From assembly GCA_943354165.1 (NCBI GenBank), contig CALRBH010000006.1, positions 1 to 42,708 on the forward strand: a DNA stretch of 42,708 bases, written 5' to 3'. The notes beneath the pieces were generated by a model, which saw nothing but the letters and a program-made list of their open reading frames with translations, ran no database searches and had not been told where the DNA came from. The position numbers were made by a program, and so were the translations under genes. Shown one piece after another: positions 7,663 to 16,244 of the stretch. Every line of letters begins with the position of its first letter. Positions within the stretch are counted from its first letter, which is position 1. The DNA is from Candidatus Uhrbacteria bacterium RIFOXYB12_FULL_58_10. Its GTDB lineage: Bacteria; Patescibacteriota; Patescibacteriia; UBA9934; GWF2-40-263.

Positions 7663-9357
7663 TTAATCCGCGGCTACGCGGAGAACCTCCTCGATGGTCG
7701 TGACTCCGTCCACAAGTTTCCTCAGACCGTCCTCAAACATACTCGTCATCCCTTCCGTCAGGGCCTTCGCCTTCATGACGCCCGCATCCGCTCGGCGAGT
7801 AATGAGCTCCCGGATACTATCCGTCACTTCCATGACCTCAAAAATACCTACGCGCCCATGGAACCCCGTATGCTGACACACGGTGCACCCTTTTCCGTGA
7901 TACGTCCGAATGGATTTCTTCGTCCCAAAATATTTTTTGTACAGCGGGGCCGGGATGCTTGTCTTCAACTTCGCGAGGCTCATCTCCAGGCTCGTAATGC
8001 AGACCCCGCAAATACGCCTCACCAGCCGCTGGGCGATAATGACGTTGACCGAAGACGCCACGAGAAACGGTTCCACGCCCATATCGAGCAGGCGCGGCAG
8101 CGTGGTGGCGGCATCGTTCGTGTGCAATGTCGAAAGTACAAGGTGGCCCGTCATGGCGGAATTCACCGCGATGCTTGCGGTTTCCTGGTCGCGAATTTCT
8201 CCAACCATGATGACGTCCGGATCCTGATGAACAATAGACCGGAGCCCGGCGGCAAACGTAAGGCCCGTGCGTGCATTCACCTGGATCTGGTTCACGCCCT
8301 CAATATCAAATTCCACCGGATCCTCGATGGTCTGAATGTTCACGTCCCGTTTGTTGAGAATTTTCAACACCGCATACATGCTGGTGGTCTTGCCGGAACC
8401 GGTCGGACCCGTCGCAAGAATCATACCGTAGGGACACTCCGCCGCCTTGTGGACGCGCGCGAGATCCGATGGCGCGAAACCAAGGGTGTCGAGCGAGAAG
8501 GCCCGACCCTTGTCCGAAAGAATACGCATGACGATCTTCTCCCCTCCCGTAATGGGAACGATGGAGACGCGGACGTCCACCTTCTGCCCCTCGATCACCG
8601 CGCGCAGCTTTCCGTCCTGGGCACCGAAGTGTTCGTCCGTACGCAGGTTCGAGAGAATTTTTATGCGGGCGACCACGAGGTCGTGCAGGGGCTTGGGCAT
8701 TTTGGCCACGTCCTGCAGCAGCCCGTCGATGCGATATCGCACCACGCTCGCCTTCTCCTGCGGCTCGATGTGGACATCCGAAGCGCGGTTCGTGTAGCCG
8801 TATTGAAGAAGCAAATCCGTGTAGGAAACGACGAGGCCTTCCTGCCCCTCGCTCTCTTCCTTGATTTTCCCCGCCTTCGACAACTGCTCGAACGAATCGG
8901 AAAGCGCAACGATCTTCGTGATGAGATTTTCACTGAAGGTTTCAAGCGCCTCTTCCAAAAGACCCGGCGTGGTATAGCCGATATCAATAGGCACGCCGGT
9001 TTTCTTTTCAAGAAACCCGACGATTTCGATATTAGAAGGGTCCGTCATGGCGACCTCGAGCCGCCCATCCTTCCAGGCATAAGCGAGCATACCGTGTTTG
9101 CGCATGAGTACGTCCGGAATGAGCATGGCCGCTTCCGGAGCCACCTGCAGGCGCTTCATGTTCACGAAGGACACCCCATACGCGTCGGCCACGAGCCTTC
9201 CCGCCTGTTCGTTGGAGAGGGTGCCGTCCTCGACAAGGACCGCTTCGACCGGCTTCCCCTGCTCGCCAGCCATGGCAAGCGCGCGTGAAAACTCCTTCTC
9301 AGCAAGAAGGCCGGATCCGACAAAGATTTTTTTGTATCCGTCGGCCGTAATCCCCAT
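7663..9357 (-). CDS. pilB: Type IV pilus assembly ATPase PilB (GspE family)
   Basis: 564 aa with a T2SSE N-terminal domain, Walker [10 protein letters not shown], Walker B IMVGEIRD, His box [12 protein letters not shown] and a tetracysteine motif (CGVC...CTVC). Confidence 0.93.
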   Translation of the reverse strand: MGITADGYKKIFVGSGLLAEKEFSRALAMAGEQGKPVEAVLVEDGTLSNEQAGRLVADAYGVSFVNMKRLQVAPEAAMLIPDVLMRKHGMLAYAWKDGRLEVAMTDPSNIEIVGFLEKKTGVPIDIGYTTPGLLEEALETFSENLITKIVALSDSFEQLSKAGKIKEESEGQEGLVVSYTDLLLQYGYTNRASDVHIEPQEKASVVRYRIDGLLQDVAKMPKPLHDLVVARIKILSNLRTDEHFGAQDGKLRAVIEGQKVDVRVSIVPITGGEKIVMRILSDKGRAFSLDTLGFAPSDLARVHKAAECPYGMILATGPTGSGKTTSMYAVLKILNKRDVNIQTIEDPVEFDIEGVNQIQVNARTGLTFAAGLRSIVHQDPDVIMVGEIRDQETASIAVNSAMTGHLVLSTLHTNDAATTLPRLLDMGVEPFLVASSVNVIIAQRLVRRICGVCITSLEMSLAKLKTSIPAPLYKKYFGTKKSIRTYHGKGCTVCQHTGFHGRVGIFEVMEVTDSIRELITRRADAGVMKAKALTEGMTSMFEDGLRKLVDGVTTIEEVLRVAAD

Positions 9358-9387
9358 ACGTAAGTCCGCCTATGGCGGAGGTTCTAA

Positions 9388-9783
9388 CTATTTGGAAATC
9401 GCCGCAAGGTGTTCTTGGATTTTCTTTACCATCTCTGAAAGTGAGTAGTCGGCCTTTACGAGATATTCACGCACGCCTAGTTTTTCAATTTGGGCGATAT
9501 CTTCCTGTTGTCCGAGGTTCGACAAGACGAGGACAGGGAGTTTCGCGAGCGCGGGGGTTCCACGGACTTCCGTCAACACTTCGAACCCACTTTTCTTAGG
9601 CAGAATAAGGTCGAGCAGCATCAATGTAGGCTTGAGCCGATTCGCCTCTTTCACAGCGGTCTCTCCATCGCTTGCAACCGTAACATCGATCCCTTCGTCC
9701 ATGAGACGCTTAGAGAGCACCTTATAGAGAAACGGATCGTCCTCTACGAGGAGCACGTGAATTTTTGAAGATGATTTTGGCAC
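9388..9783 (-). CDS. Single-domain response regulator (receiver only, CheY-like)
   Basis: 131 aa with VLLVEDD, phospho-acceptor context MLLDLILP, a conserved K in EYLVKAD and no output domain. The GTG start lies 5 nt after the upstream stop. Confidence 0.88.
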   Translation of the reverse strand: MPKSSSKIHVLLVEDDPFLYKVLSKRLMDEGIDVTVASDGETAVKEANRLKPTLMLLDLILPKKSGFEVLTEVRGTPALAKLPVLVLSNLGQQEDIAQIEKLGVREYLVKADYSLSEMVKKIQEHLAAISK

Positions 9784-9788
9784 AAGGT

Positions 9789-10193
9789 TTAGGAGTTCAA
9801 AACTTGTTCGATGGTGGAATAAAGCAGATCAGGACTGATGATGGTTTTTACCAGATATTTCTCCGCACCGAGGCTGATCCCCTGACGTTGCTCGAAGTCC
9901 TGGTCAAGGGAGGAGAGAATAATCACCGGTTGTTTGCGGGTCTTCGGGTTGCGTCGAATTTCTGTGAGCACCTCGAATCCATCTTTTTTTGGAAGCAGGA
10001 CGTCGAGTAATATAAGGTCGGGGGCGGTATGAAAGGCTTTCTCGATCCCGGTTACTCCATTATCAGCCGTATCAACTTCATAGCCTTTTGCCTCAAGCCA
10101 AGCCGTATACATCTCACGCAAAGCCTGCTCGTCTTCTACGACAAGCACCCGTTTCTTGGGAGTGGAAGATGTCTGTTTCTTTTTTACCGGCAT
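9789..10193 (-). CDS. Single-domain response regulator (receiver only)
   Basis: 134 aa with VLVVEDE, LILLDVLLP, KYLVKT and no output domain. Confidence 0.88.
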   Translation of the reverse strand: MPVKKKQTSSTPKKRVLVVEDEQALREMYTAWLEAKGYEVDTADNGVTGIEKAFHTAPDLILLDVLLPKKDGFEVLTEIRRNPKTRKQPVIILSSLDQDFEQRQGISLGAEKYLVKTIISPDLLYSTIEQVLNS

Positions 10194-10223
10194 ATCCTAT
10201 GTAGTATACAAGATTCAGCTTAC

Positions 10224-11375
10224 TCAAGCGAGGGGAAACGCCACAAACATAGAGGTCCCCTTCCCTTTAGAACTCGTAAACCACACATCTCCGTTCATGC
10301 CCTGAGCAATCGCTTTGGTCAGCGTAAGACCGATCCCCTTGCCGTCCACCCAGAGGTCACGGGCGTCGGACCCGCGGAAAAACGCATGGAACATGCGTTC
10401 CCGCTCCTCCGCCCCGATGCCGATCCCTTCATCCCGTACCGCAAGCACGAGCATGCGGTCGAGCGAAGGCGGAATTTTCCACGCCTTCCGTTCTGCGGCG
10501 GATTCCTTCCCCTTAAGCTGAAGCAGGCGGACCGCGATGGTTTTCCCGGCGCCGTGAGAATAACGGATCGCATTATCGATGAGGATGTTCACGATCTGTG
10601 AAACGCGTTCCGGATCTGCATGAATCTTTCCAGGAATCGTTTCCGGATGTTTCCAGTCCAAACGCAACCCCTTCTGCCGCACAGGAACGGCCCATCGGCC
10701 GGCGACCTCATCAATAAGCGCGACGAGATTGCACGCAAGCGGGCGCATGCGCAACGGCTCTCCGCGCAACACGATCAGTGCGTCCTGCAGTTCCGAGGCC
10801 ACAGAGACAAGTTTGACGGTAGAATATTCCAACTTGTCGAGAATTTCCCGCTGTTCCTCGTTCACCTGTCCGGCCTCCTCGTTCTTCAGGGTCTCCACGG
10901 ACCATCGGATGGCGTTAAGCGGCGTGCGCAGGGTATGCGCGATGTAATACATGAAATCCGAAAGGGTACCGGTAGCCTCTGCGGTTTCCTGTTGGGTCCT
11001 GTCAATTTCCTGCTGTAAGGATCCAGTAAGCGTTTCCATCCGTTCACCAAATCCATGCAGCGCATGAGCAAGCTCTTCGGTTTCAAGGCTCGTCGCCTCG
11101 AACGGCCGCTTCAGAATCGCCACGGATTGCGGGTCCGTCGGATCCGTGTCGATGACCCGGCGTGCCAATCGACGGACATCACAGGTGAGGTAGGTGGAGA
11201 GATGCCAAGCAATGGCACCGAACAACAGACCGATGAGCCCAAGAAAAAGGATTCCTGACGCCCACCCGTTTGCCACGGCCATGGCAAACATCACTAGCAC
11301 TGTCAGACTGGAACCGAACAACGCCAAGCATAACAAGATGCGACCACGTATGCTTTGAAGTGGGGTGTGTGGCAT
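10224..11375 (-). CDS. Membrane-bound sensor histidine kinase
   Basis: Two N-terminal hydrophobic helices, the H-box IAHTLRTPLNAI, the N-box ILIDNAIRYS, G1 VRDEGIGI and G2 GKGIGLTL. AGGAGGAG lies just upstream of ATG 11375. Confidence 0.9.
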   Translation of the reverse strand: MPHTPLQSIRGRILLCLALFGSSLTVLVMFAMAVANGWASGILFLGLIGLLFGAIAWHLSTYLTCDVRRLARRVIDTDPTDPQSVAILKRPFEATSLETEELAHALHGFGERMETLTGSLQQEIDRTQQETAEATGTLSDFMYYIAHTLRTPLNAIRWSVETLKNEEAGQVNEEQREILDKLEYSTVKLVSVASELQDALIVLRGEPLRMRPLACNLVALIDEVAGRWAVPVRQKGLRLDWKHPETIPGKIHADPERVSQIVNILIDNAIRYSHGAGKTIAVRLLQLKGKESAAERKAWKIPPSLDRMLVLAVRDEGIGIGAEERERMFHAFFRGSDARDLWVDGKGIGLTLTKAIAQGMNGDVWFTSSKGKGTSMFVAFPLA

Positions 11376-11414
11376 ACTCCTCCTAGGTATGGTAGCAAGA
11401 TTATATCACACTGT

Positions 11415-12122
11415 ATGGAAGGATTTCTCTTGATCGACAAACCCGCCGGCCCGACTTCACACACGATTGTGAACATGGTTCGGCGTCTCACAAACGAAAA
11501 GCGCGTAGGCCACGCCGGCACGCTCGATCCGTTCGCAACCGGCCTGCTCATCGTCGGCGTCGGCCGTCCGGCCACACGTGAATTTTCGAAGTTGGTCGGA
11601 ATGGATAAGACGTATGTAGGAACGATGGTCCTCGGAGCCACGAGCGATACGCAGGACGGGACAGGCGTAATTACGAAAGGTTTGGGAAGTTTGGGAGGTT
11701 CGGAAGGTTGGGAAGGACGAAGGGGCGAGTTGGAGAAGGTCTTCGAACGGTTCGTCGGCCTGTTGAAACAGATTCCCCCGATGTACTCCGCCAAAAAGGT
11801 CGGCGGCAAGAAACTCTACGAGCTGGCCAGGCAAGGCAAAGAGATCGTCCGCCAGCCATCGGATGTGACCATCTATTCCCTTTCGATCGTAAACGTCGAT
11901 TTACCACGCATCACCTTCGAAGTGCGTTGTTCGAGCGGGACGTACATTCGAACCCTCGCCCATGATATCGGCCAGAACTTGGGTTGCGGAGCCTATCTAG
12001 AATCTCTTCGACGAACCTCAATTGGTCCATGGACCATCGATCAGGCCGTTAAACTAGATTCCCTCACCAAAGAGAACGTTCAGGGGTCGCTTTTAGCAAT
12101 CCAAAACGTAATTCCTGTTTAA
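11415..12122 (+). CDS. truB: tRNA pseudouridine(55) synthase
   Basis: Contains LLIDKPAGPTSH, the catalytic-Asp motif GHAGTLDP, and QIPPMYSAKK. The start is trimmed to ATG 11415 (MEGFLLIDKP). Confidence 0.93.
   Translation: MEGFLLIDKPAGPTSHTIVNMVRRLTNEKRVGHAGTLDPFATGLLIVGVGRPATREFSKLVGMDKTYVGTMVLGATSDTQDGTGVITKGLGSLGGSEGWEGRRGELEKVFERFVGLLKQIPPMYSAKKVGGKKLYELARQGKEIVRQPSDVTIYSLSIVNVDLPRITFEVRCSSGTYIRTLAHDIGQNLGCGAYLESLRRTSIGPWTIDQAVKLDSLTKENVQGSLLAIQNVIPV
11680..11724. repeat. In-frame nonamer array inside truB (GTTTGGGAA-type units)
   Basis: The units are GTTTGGGAA GTTTGGGAG GTTCGGAAG GTTGGGAAG GACGAAGGG, five units of period 9, and encode GLGSLGGSEGWEGRRG. Related GTTTGGGA/GTTTGAGG units occur in the spacers at 34301-34310 and 28781-28796. 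Confidence 0.85.
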
Positions 12123-12123
12123 T

Positions 12124-12176
12124 TTTTGTCGTTTTCTGTCTTTATTTGTCGTTTGACGTTTGTTGTTTGTCTTTTT
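12124..12176. repeat. Solo T-rich arm of the TTTGTCGTT family
   Basis: TTTTTGTCGTTTTCTGTCTTTATTTGTCGTTTGACGTTTGTTGTTTGTCTTTTT lies directly after the truB stop. No complementary A-rich arm is nearby. Confidence 0.8.
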
Positions 12177-12373
12177 CCCCTCAGGGCCATATAGTAGGAA
12201 CGTAACCATTAACCCCCGTGTGGGGGCTGTGCGAACGCATTTCTTGTTCTGGACGTTATGGATCTGACACATATTTGGTGTAAAAACAGGCAGAATTTCT
12301 CACGGACTGAATAGCCTGTTTCGGCCCATTTTGTCATATCCGCGCACGGTCTATCCTCAGGGACAGATTCGTT

Positions 12374-13930
12374 ATGTATTTCGCTCTTATTGGGATCGTC
12401 TCCCTCGCCCTTGGTGGGGCCGTAGGCTATGTCGTCCGCCAGGTTCTAGGAAAGCGCTCCGCAGGTGACGCTGAAAGCAAAGCAGAAAAGATTCTCTCGG
12501 AAGCCAAGCAAAAAGCACAGGAGGTCGTGCAGGAAGGAAAGAATCAGCATCAGGAACTTCTCATTGAAGCGAAGGAAAAGGCCCTGAAGATTGCCGAAGA
12601 AGCCAAACAGGACGAGTTGGCGCGCCGCAACGACATCTCCGAACAGCAAAAACGTCTAGAAAAGCGCGAGACGATGTTCGATTCCAAGCTCCTTGAGATC
12701 GAGGACAAGAAGACGCGGCTCGAGATCGAAGCCAAAGCCATGGAATCCACCAAGGCTGATCTTGAGTCTCTGCGCATACAGCAAACCACCAAGCTCCAGG
12801 AAATCGCCGGCCTCACCAAGGACGCCGCCCTCGAACGCTTGATGACCGCCATTGAAAACGATGAAAAGGAAGCGCTCATGGGCCGCATCCGCAAGCTTGA
12901 AGACGTGGGCGAAGAGGAATTGGAACGCAAAGCGCGCAACATTCTTTCGCTCGCCGTCACACGCTACGCCTCGTCCGTCGTTACTGAGACGACCACATCG
13001 AGCGTCGATCTGCCATCCGATGAAATGAAAGGCCGCATCATCGGGAAGGAAGGACGCAACATCAAGGCGATCGAGCTCATCACCGGAACAGAAATCATCG
13101 TCGATGACACACCGAATGCCATTACGATCAGCGGCTTCTCCCCTATTCGCCGCCAGGTCGCCAAGCGCGCGCTTGAGGCCCTCATCAAGGACGGCCGCAT
13201 CCAGCCCGCCCGCATTGAGGAAGCGGTGAACGATGCAAAGAAGCAGCTCGCAACGGATCTCAAGAAGGCCGGCGAGGAAGCGCTCTACGCCCTCGGCATT
13301 CCTGTGACGTCCATCGATCCAAAACTCGTGTCGATTCTCGGCCGCATGAAGTACCGCACCAGCTACGGCCAGAACGCGCTCCAGCACTCCATCGAGGTCG
13401 CCCAGATTGCAACGATGGTCGCTGAGGAACTCGGCGCCGACGTGTTCATCTGTAAGAAAGGCGGCCTCTTCCACGACATCGGCAAGGCCGTGGACCACGA
13501 CATGCAAGGCGCCCACCCAGAGATCGGCTACAACATCATGAAAAAGTTCGGCTTCCCAGAAGAGATCGCGTACCAGTCGATCGCCCACCACGAAGATCGC
13601 CCTCGGACAATCGAAGGTGCCATCGTGAAGGCCGCTGACGCCATCTCAGGCGCACGTCCAGGAGCCCGCAAACAATCACTTGAGCAGTTCATCCAGCGCA
13701 TGGAACAGCTCGAGCACACCGCCAGCGGATTCGAAGGCGTAGAAAAAGCCTACGCCATCCAGGCCGGCCGCGAGATCCGCGTGTTCATCCACCCAGAAAA
13801 GATCGATGACCTCGGTTCGTACAAGCTCGCCAAGGACATTGCGAACAAGATCGAAGCAGAGCTGTCATACCCAGGCGAGGTGAAAGTCACCGTCATCCGC
13901 GAGACCCGCGCGATCGAGTTTGCGAAGTAG
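12374..13930 (+). CDS. rny: Ribonuclease Y
   Basis: 518 aa with an N-terminal TM helix, a long charged coiled region, a KH domain (GRIIGKEGRNIKAIE) and an HD domain (HHE...). Confidence 0.95.
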   Translation: MYFALIGIVSLALGGAVGYVVRQVLGKRSAGDAESKAEKILSEAKQKAQEVVQEGKNQHQELLIEAKEKALKIAEEAKQDELARRNDISEQQKRLEKRETMFDSKLLEIEDKKTRLEIEAKAMESTKADLESLRIQQTTKLQEIAGLTKDAALERLMTAIENDEKEALMGRIRKLEDVGEEELERKARNILSLAVTRYASSVVTETTTSSVDLPSDEMKGRIIGKEGRNIKAIELITGTEIIVDDTPNAITISGFSPIRRQVAKRALEALIKDGRIQPARIEEAVNDAKKQLATDLKKAGEEALYALGIPVTSIDPKLVSILGRMKYRTSYGQNALQHSIEVAQIATMVAEELGADVFICKKGGLFHDIGKAVDHDMQGAHPEIGYNIMKKFGFPEEIAYQSIAHHEDRPRTIEGAIVKAADAISGARPGARKQSLEQFIQRMEQLEHTASGFEGVEKAYAIQAGREIRVFIHPEKIDDLGSYKLAKDIANKIEAELSYPGEVKVTVIRETRAIEFAK

Positions 13931-13937
13931 TGAAACA

Positions 13938-13973
13938 GAAAACCGCCTGGCACATGCCAAGGCGGTTTTTGTT
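13938..13973. terminator. Bidirectional intrinsic terminator between the convergent rny and hup genes
   Basis: AAAACCGCCTGGCACATGCCAAGGCGGTTTTT: a GC-rich stem flanked by an A-tract and a T-tract. Confidence 0.75.
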
Positions 13974-13984
13974 TGAGGATATGC

Positions 13985-14311
13985 CTATGCGACTGGGGCT
14001 GATGCAGGAGCTGCGGCCGGCGCAGAACCTTCCTTCCCCTTCAAGGCCTTCTTCAAAGCGCTCCCCGCCTTAAACTTGGCCACCGTGACGGACGGAATCT
14101 TCATCTTTTCCGTAGGCTTCTGAGGGTTCACTCCCATGCGGCCAGCGCGCTCCTTGGCAGAGAACGTGCCGAATCCGGCGATGGTCACTTCTTCCCCGTT
14201 CATAAGGGCGCTGGTGACGATGTCTTCAAAGGCCGCGACGAAATCTTCTCCCATTTTCTTGGAGACACCCATCTTGTCACCAAGCTTCGAGGCGAGTTCT
14301 GCTTTGTTCAT
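13985..14311 (-). CDS. hup: HU/IHF-family nucleoid protein with an Ala/Pro-rich C-terminal tail
   Basis: MNKAELASKL...GFGTFSAKERAGRMGVNPQKPTEKMKIPSVTVAKFKAG is the canonical HU fold. An extra tail of about 18 aa (KGKEGSAPAAAPASAPVA) follows. Confidence 0.92.
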   Translation of the reverse strand: MNKAELASKLGDKMGVSKKMGEDFVAAFEDIVTSALMNGEEVTIAGFGTFSAKERAGRMGVNPQKPTEKMKIPSVTVAKFKAGSALKKALKGKEGSAPAAAPASAPVA

Positions 14312-14376
14312 ATCGGAGCTTGTTACGTACTATCTGCCCTGATGCTAGCCAAATTCCTAGGAAAAGGCAAGCCAGC

Positions 14377-14889
14377 CTACCGGGAGCTCCGGAATGTGGC
14401 GCCGATCGGGTCAAAAACCGCACTCTCGTTCAGGAACACGGAAACGATGAGGAGGGCGTCTTTTACCGGCACAAGATAGTGGTATTTCGGCTCTCCGGCC
14501 TCTGTGGTGCTGGTAATCTTGGTTGCAGACATCTCTCCAAGTTTCGTCTCCTCCGCGGAAGTAATTTCGATCCCCGCGCCGGATTTCACGAGCGCGTCCT
14601 TGAACGTATCCACCGTAACGTCCTTCATGGCGTAAAGATAAAATACGTTCGTCGGCTTCGAATCCCGGACGACATCCCGTACGCTCGCGAAGAAATCCGC
14701 AGGAAGGCCGATGTACGTGGTCTGACGAACACCTTCGTCACGCGAGCGGACGTCCATTTCCTTTGGATACGAGAACGCAAACCCATACTGGGGGTTTTCG
14801 TACGTTGTGTTCCCTGCGGGGATCACAGGTCCCGCGCAGCCAAACCCCGCAAGCGCGAGGGCTATCAAACTAATGAGAAGTCGTTTCAT
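14377..14889 (-). CDS. Putative secreted protein or lipoprotein, function unknown
   Basis: Signal-like MKRLLISLIALALAGFGC followed by a soluble domain. Overlaps the 3' end of proS by about 20 nt. The start could also be at 14898. Confidence 0.6.
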   Translation of the reverse strand: MKRLLISLIALALAGFGCAGPVIPAGNTTYENPQYGFAFSYPKEMDVRSRDEGVRQTTYIGLPADFFASVRDVVRDSKPTNVFYLYAMKDVTVDTFKDALVKSGAGIEITSAEETKLGEMSATKITSTTEAGEPKYHYLVPVKDALLIVSVFLNESAVFDPIGATFRSSR

Positions 14890-16159
14890 AGGGTTCATTC
14901 ATGAACGTTGTAACATGCTCGACGATTTCGGCAAGGGGGACGAGTTTTGCCTCCTCCTCATGACGAGGCTTCCATTCCACCGATCCCTGTGCAAGAGACT
15001 TCGATGAAACAACCAATCGGAGCGGTAGACCGATGAGGTCCGCATCTGCAAACTTCTCCCCAGCAGATGCTCCGCGTTCGTCCCACAACGGTTCGAACCC
15101 GGCCTTCGTAAGCTCGTCGTGAAGCGCGGACGCCGTGGCCGCAACCTTTTCCTGCTCCGCAGGATCCTTTGCGGAAAGCGAGACGAGGTGTACTGGATAT
15201 GGCGCGACCGACTTCGGCCACATCATCCCCTTCGCATCGTTACAGGCTTCAACAATCGTTCCGAGCAGACGGGTCGTTCCGATGCCATAGCATCCCATGA
15301 TGAGATGTTTCCGTTCCCCGTTTTCATCGGTAACAGCCAAGTTGAACGCTTCTGAGAATCGACTTCCAAGATCAAAGATGTTTCCGACTTCGACACCGGT
15401 CATCACTTCGAGTTCCTCGCCGTTGTCAGGATTCTTGTCCCCAGCTTTCAAGGTGGAAATTTCGATGTTCTGCGCGAACGAACCGGTCTTCGACGTCAGA
15501 ATCTTATCCTCCCCCGCTGGCGTGAGCACTTGAAATTCGTGCGTATGCTTCGTCGTAAACGCACCTCCGCTTGCTTCAACGACCTTCGCATCCAGCCCGC
15601 AGCGGCGATACACATTCAAGTACGCAGGAATCGTTCGATCATAGAACGCCTGAAAATCTTCCGGAGTAAGGTGGAATGAATACATGTCCTTCATCCCAAA
15701 CTCGCGCCCGCGCAGAACGCCGGACTTTGCGCGAAGCTCATCGCGATACTTATTGGAAATCTGATACACGGCAAGTGGCAAATCCTTATACGACTGCACG
15801 AACTGCGCAACGAGCGGCGTGATCACTTCTTCCGCCGTCGGCCCGAGCGCGTACTGTTTCCCCGTCTGGCTCGGCACCTTAAAAAGCACGTCGACGGTGT
15901 CCCAACGCTTTGTCGTATCCCAATGCTCCTTGGATTGGAGCGCGGGAAGCAAAACCTCGTGCGCGCCGAGCTTGTTCATCTCGTCACGAACGATCGCTTC
16001 CACGTTTCTAAGTGCACGAAGTCCGAGCGGAAGCCAGGCGTACACCCCAGCCATTTCCTGTCGGACAAAGCCGGCTTGCACAAGAAGGCGAGCGTTGGCG
16101 GAATCGGCATCGTGCGGGGCGGACTTGTTTGTTTTTCCAAAAAGCTGTGAATAGCGCAT
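14870..16159 (-). CDS. proS: Prolyl-tRNA synthetase, short bacterial-type form without the INS editing insertion
   Basis: 429 aa with a class II core (MRYSQLFGKT...FVRQEMAGVY...REFGMKDMYSF...GCYGIGTTRL) and an anticodon-binding domain. Only about 40 aa occupy the position of the INS domain. Confidence 0.93.
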   Translation of the reverse strand: MRYSQLFGKTNKSAPHDADSANARLLVQAGFVRQEMAGVYAWLPLGLRALRNVEAIVRDEMNKLGAHEVLLPALQSKEHWDTTKRWDTVDVLFKVPSQTGKQYALGPTAEEVITPLVAQFVQSYKDLPLAVYQISNKYRDELRAKSGVLRGREFGMKDMYSFHLTPEDFQAFYDRTIPAYLNVYRRCGLDAKVVEASGGAFTTKHTHEFQVLTPAGEDKILTSKTGSFAQNIEISTLKAGDKNPDNGEELEVMTGVEVGNIFDLGSRFSEAFNLAVTDENGERKHLIMGCYGIGTTRLLGTIVEACNDAKGMMWPKSVAPYPVHLVSLSAKDPAEQEKVAATASALHDELTKAGFEPLWDERGASAGEKFADADLIGLPLRLVVSSKSLAQGSVEWKPRHEEEAKLVPLAEIVEHVTTFMNEPYETTSH

Positions 16160-16182
16160 AAGGATTGATTCTCGCGCAATGT

Positions 16183-16217
16183 AACAATAAAAGACGGTGG
16201 GAGCAAACCCACCGTCT
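16183..16217 (-). terminator. Intrinsic terminator after the 16245-16937 gene
   Basis: The minus strand reads AGACGGTGGG-TTTGCT-CCCACCGTCT (10-bp perfect stem) followed by TTTATTGTT. Confidence 0.7.
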
Positions 16218-16244
16218 CCGCGGCATCAGCTGAGCTGAGCTCTG

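Noticed and set aside
7135-9288. A 717-aa ORF on the plus strand, the longest alternative ORF in the window
   Set aside because: It lies entirely antisense to pilB. Its product is Arg/His/Leu-rich and low in complexity, with no motif. The minus-strand frame carries every PilB/GspE box. This is a typical GC-driven shadow ORF.
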